A DNA stretch of 64,000 bases from Eledone cirrhosa (taxonomy: Eukaryota): assembly GCA_964016885.1 (NCBI GenBank), contig OZ024742.1, positions 219,790,001-219,854,000 of the forward strand. The letters run 5' to 3'. The notes under the pieces were generated by a model. That model did not search any database, was not told the DNA's origin, and saw only the letters and a list, made by a program, of their open reading frames with translations. This document shows, in pieces, positions 62,816 to 64,000 of this stretch (position 1 is the stretch's first letter; every line of letters starts with the position of its first letter). Both the position numbers and the translations under genes were made by a program.

Positions 62816-64000
62816 ACCACTTCATAAATCAAGATTCAGATAAAAAATTAAGTGAATGGATAATTACAAAGATATCTAAAGGGAAGCAGAAGTATCAATC
62901 AAAACATACATCAAATACTGGTTGGATGAAGCTCTAGAAACAAAGGATATAGTTGGAAGAAAAAATATCAATAATATTAGATAAATTTGGGTATAATCAG
63001 AGAGAGGAGAAAATGAAGAGGAGATTGAAGGCACAGAAGAGAAAAAAATAAATGTATATGAGAAAGAAGTGGAATAAAATTGGAGTAATAGATAGAGTAA
63101 AACAAAATATAAATACTATATGAAAAAATTTGTGAATTTGAGAAAAAAAAGTAATATTAAGGAAAGTAATAGATGAAGAAAACTGAAAATTATATGGGTG
63201 TAGTTGCTTGACCAAAAGAAAAGTTATATAGTGTGAATATAGAAACTGATAACAGCCTCATGTACAAAATATATATTTGATTTGTTGATATGGCTCAGAC
63301 CTGTGTAGCTTTATCTGGCTGCCCGTGAGAGAGCATCTCATAAGAGGTTTCGTGTATGTTTTAATGGAAGGTATTCATGGCTGGTTTAACTCATTTTGAG
63401 GCCCTAAGCACTTAAAAGATTATAGTGCCTCCAATTTATAAAGTTTGCAAAAACCTTCTTTTTCTTTATAATGACAAGTATATTTAATTTCAATAAAATA
63501 TTGTCCCTCTTTTCTTGATGCCACAAACATGTGTTTATTTTGCTTTAATGGTTAATCCAGACCTGAAGGCATCCTAGTTCTATCATGTTATTATGCCTGT
63601 GACAGGGGTTGGGATTTGAACTCAGATTGCACAAAGACAGAACAGATACCACAAGGTAACCAGCCTGATGCTCTAACAATTTTCCCAATCAACTCCAAAA
63701 AATGAAATGCAATGTTCAACTCACAGCATAGAGAGTCTGAAGAAACACTGCAAGTCATCTAATCCAATGTTCTAATAATTCTGCCAATTCACCTTTGTGT
63801 AAACTGCCTAGTGCTAACCATTCAATTCTAGGAGTAGATTCTTTTATTATTCAGGAAAATTGAGTCAAATATAGTTATGTACCTTATTGAAAGGATCATC
63901 GCAAAAGCCTTAGTAAGGCTGGAATTATGAGAAACTTGTATGACTTTATCAAATGGAATTGGGTGATATTTGTCTGTTAGCATCAATTATCCCAAGGAAA

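Overview
AT-rich, repeat-dense animal genomic DNA. The SINE and microsatellite landscape resembles Octopus/cephalopod DNA (inference, not verified by search). The only host gene I can support is an effector caspase (caspase-3/7-like) on the - strand, seen as three in-phase exons (51995-51748, 16515-16340, 7939-7783) separated by introns of about 35.2 kb and 8.4 kb. They encode the catalytic SHG and QACRG motifs; the first and last exons were not found in the window. The rest is SINEs, RTE, CR1, CRE and Penelope retroelement relics, piggyBac-type MITEs, and mini/microsatellites. The most notable object is at 60.9-62.3 kb: a non-coding 483-bp head-to-tail repeat in which each junction carries a complete type I hammerhead ribozyme fold. 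It is capped by a 470-bp near-perfect palindrome and embedded in (TA)n, which is the architecture of a retrozyme or non-autonomous Penelope-like element predicted to yield a 483-nt self-cleaved, possibly circular RNA. A decayed GIY-YIG Penelope element lies about 1.3 kb away, and several degenerate hammerhead-like motifs occur elsewhere. Three RTE copies show 5' inversions with twin-priming geometry. All alignments and folds were done by eye.
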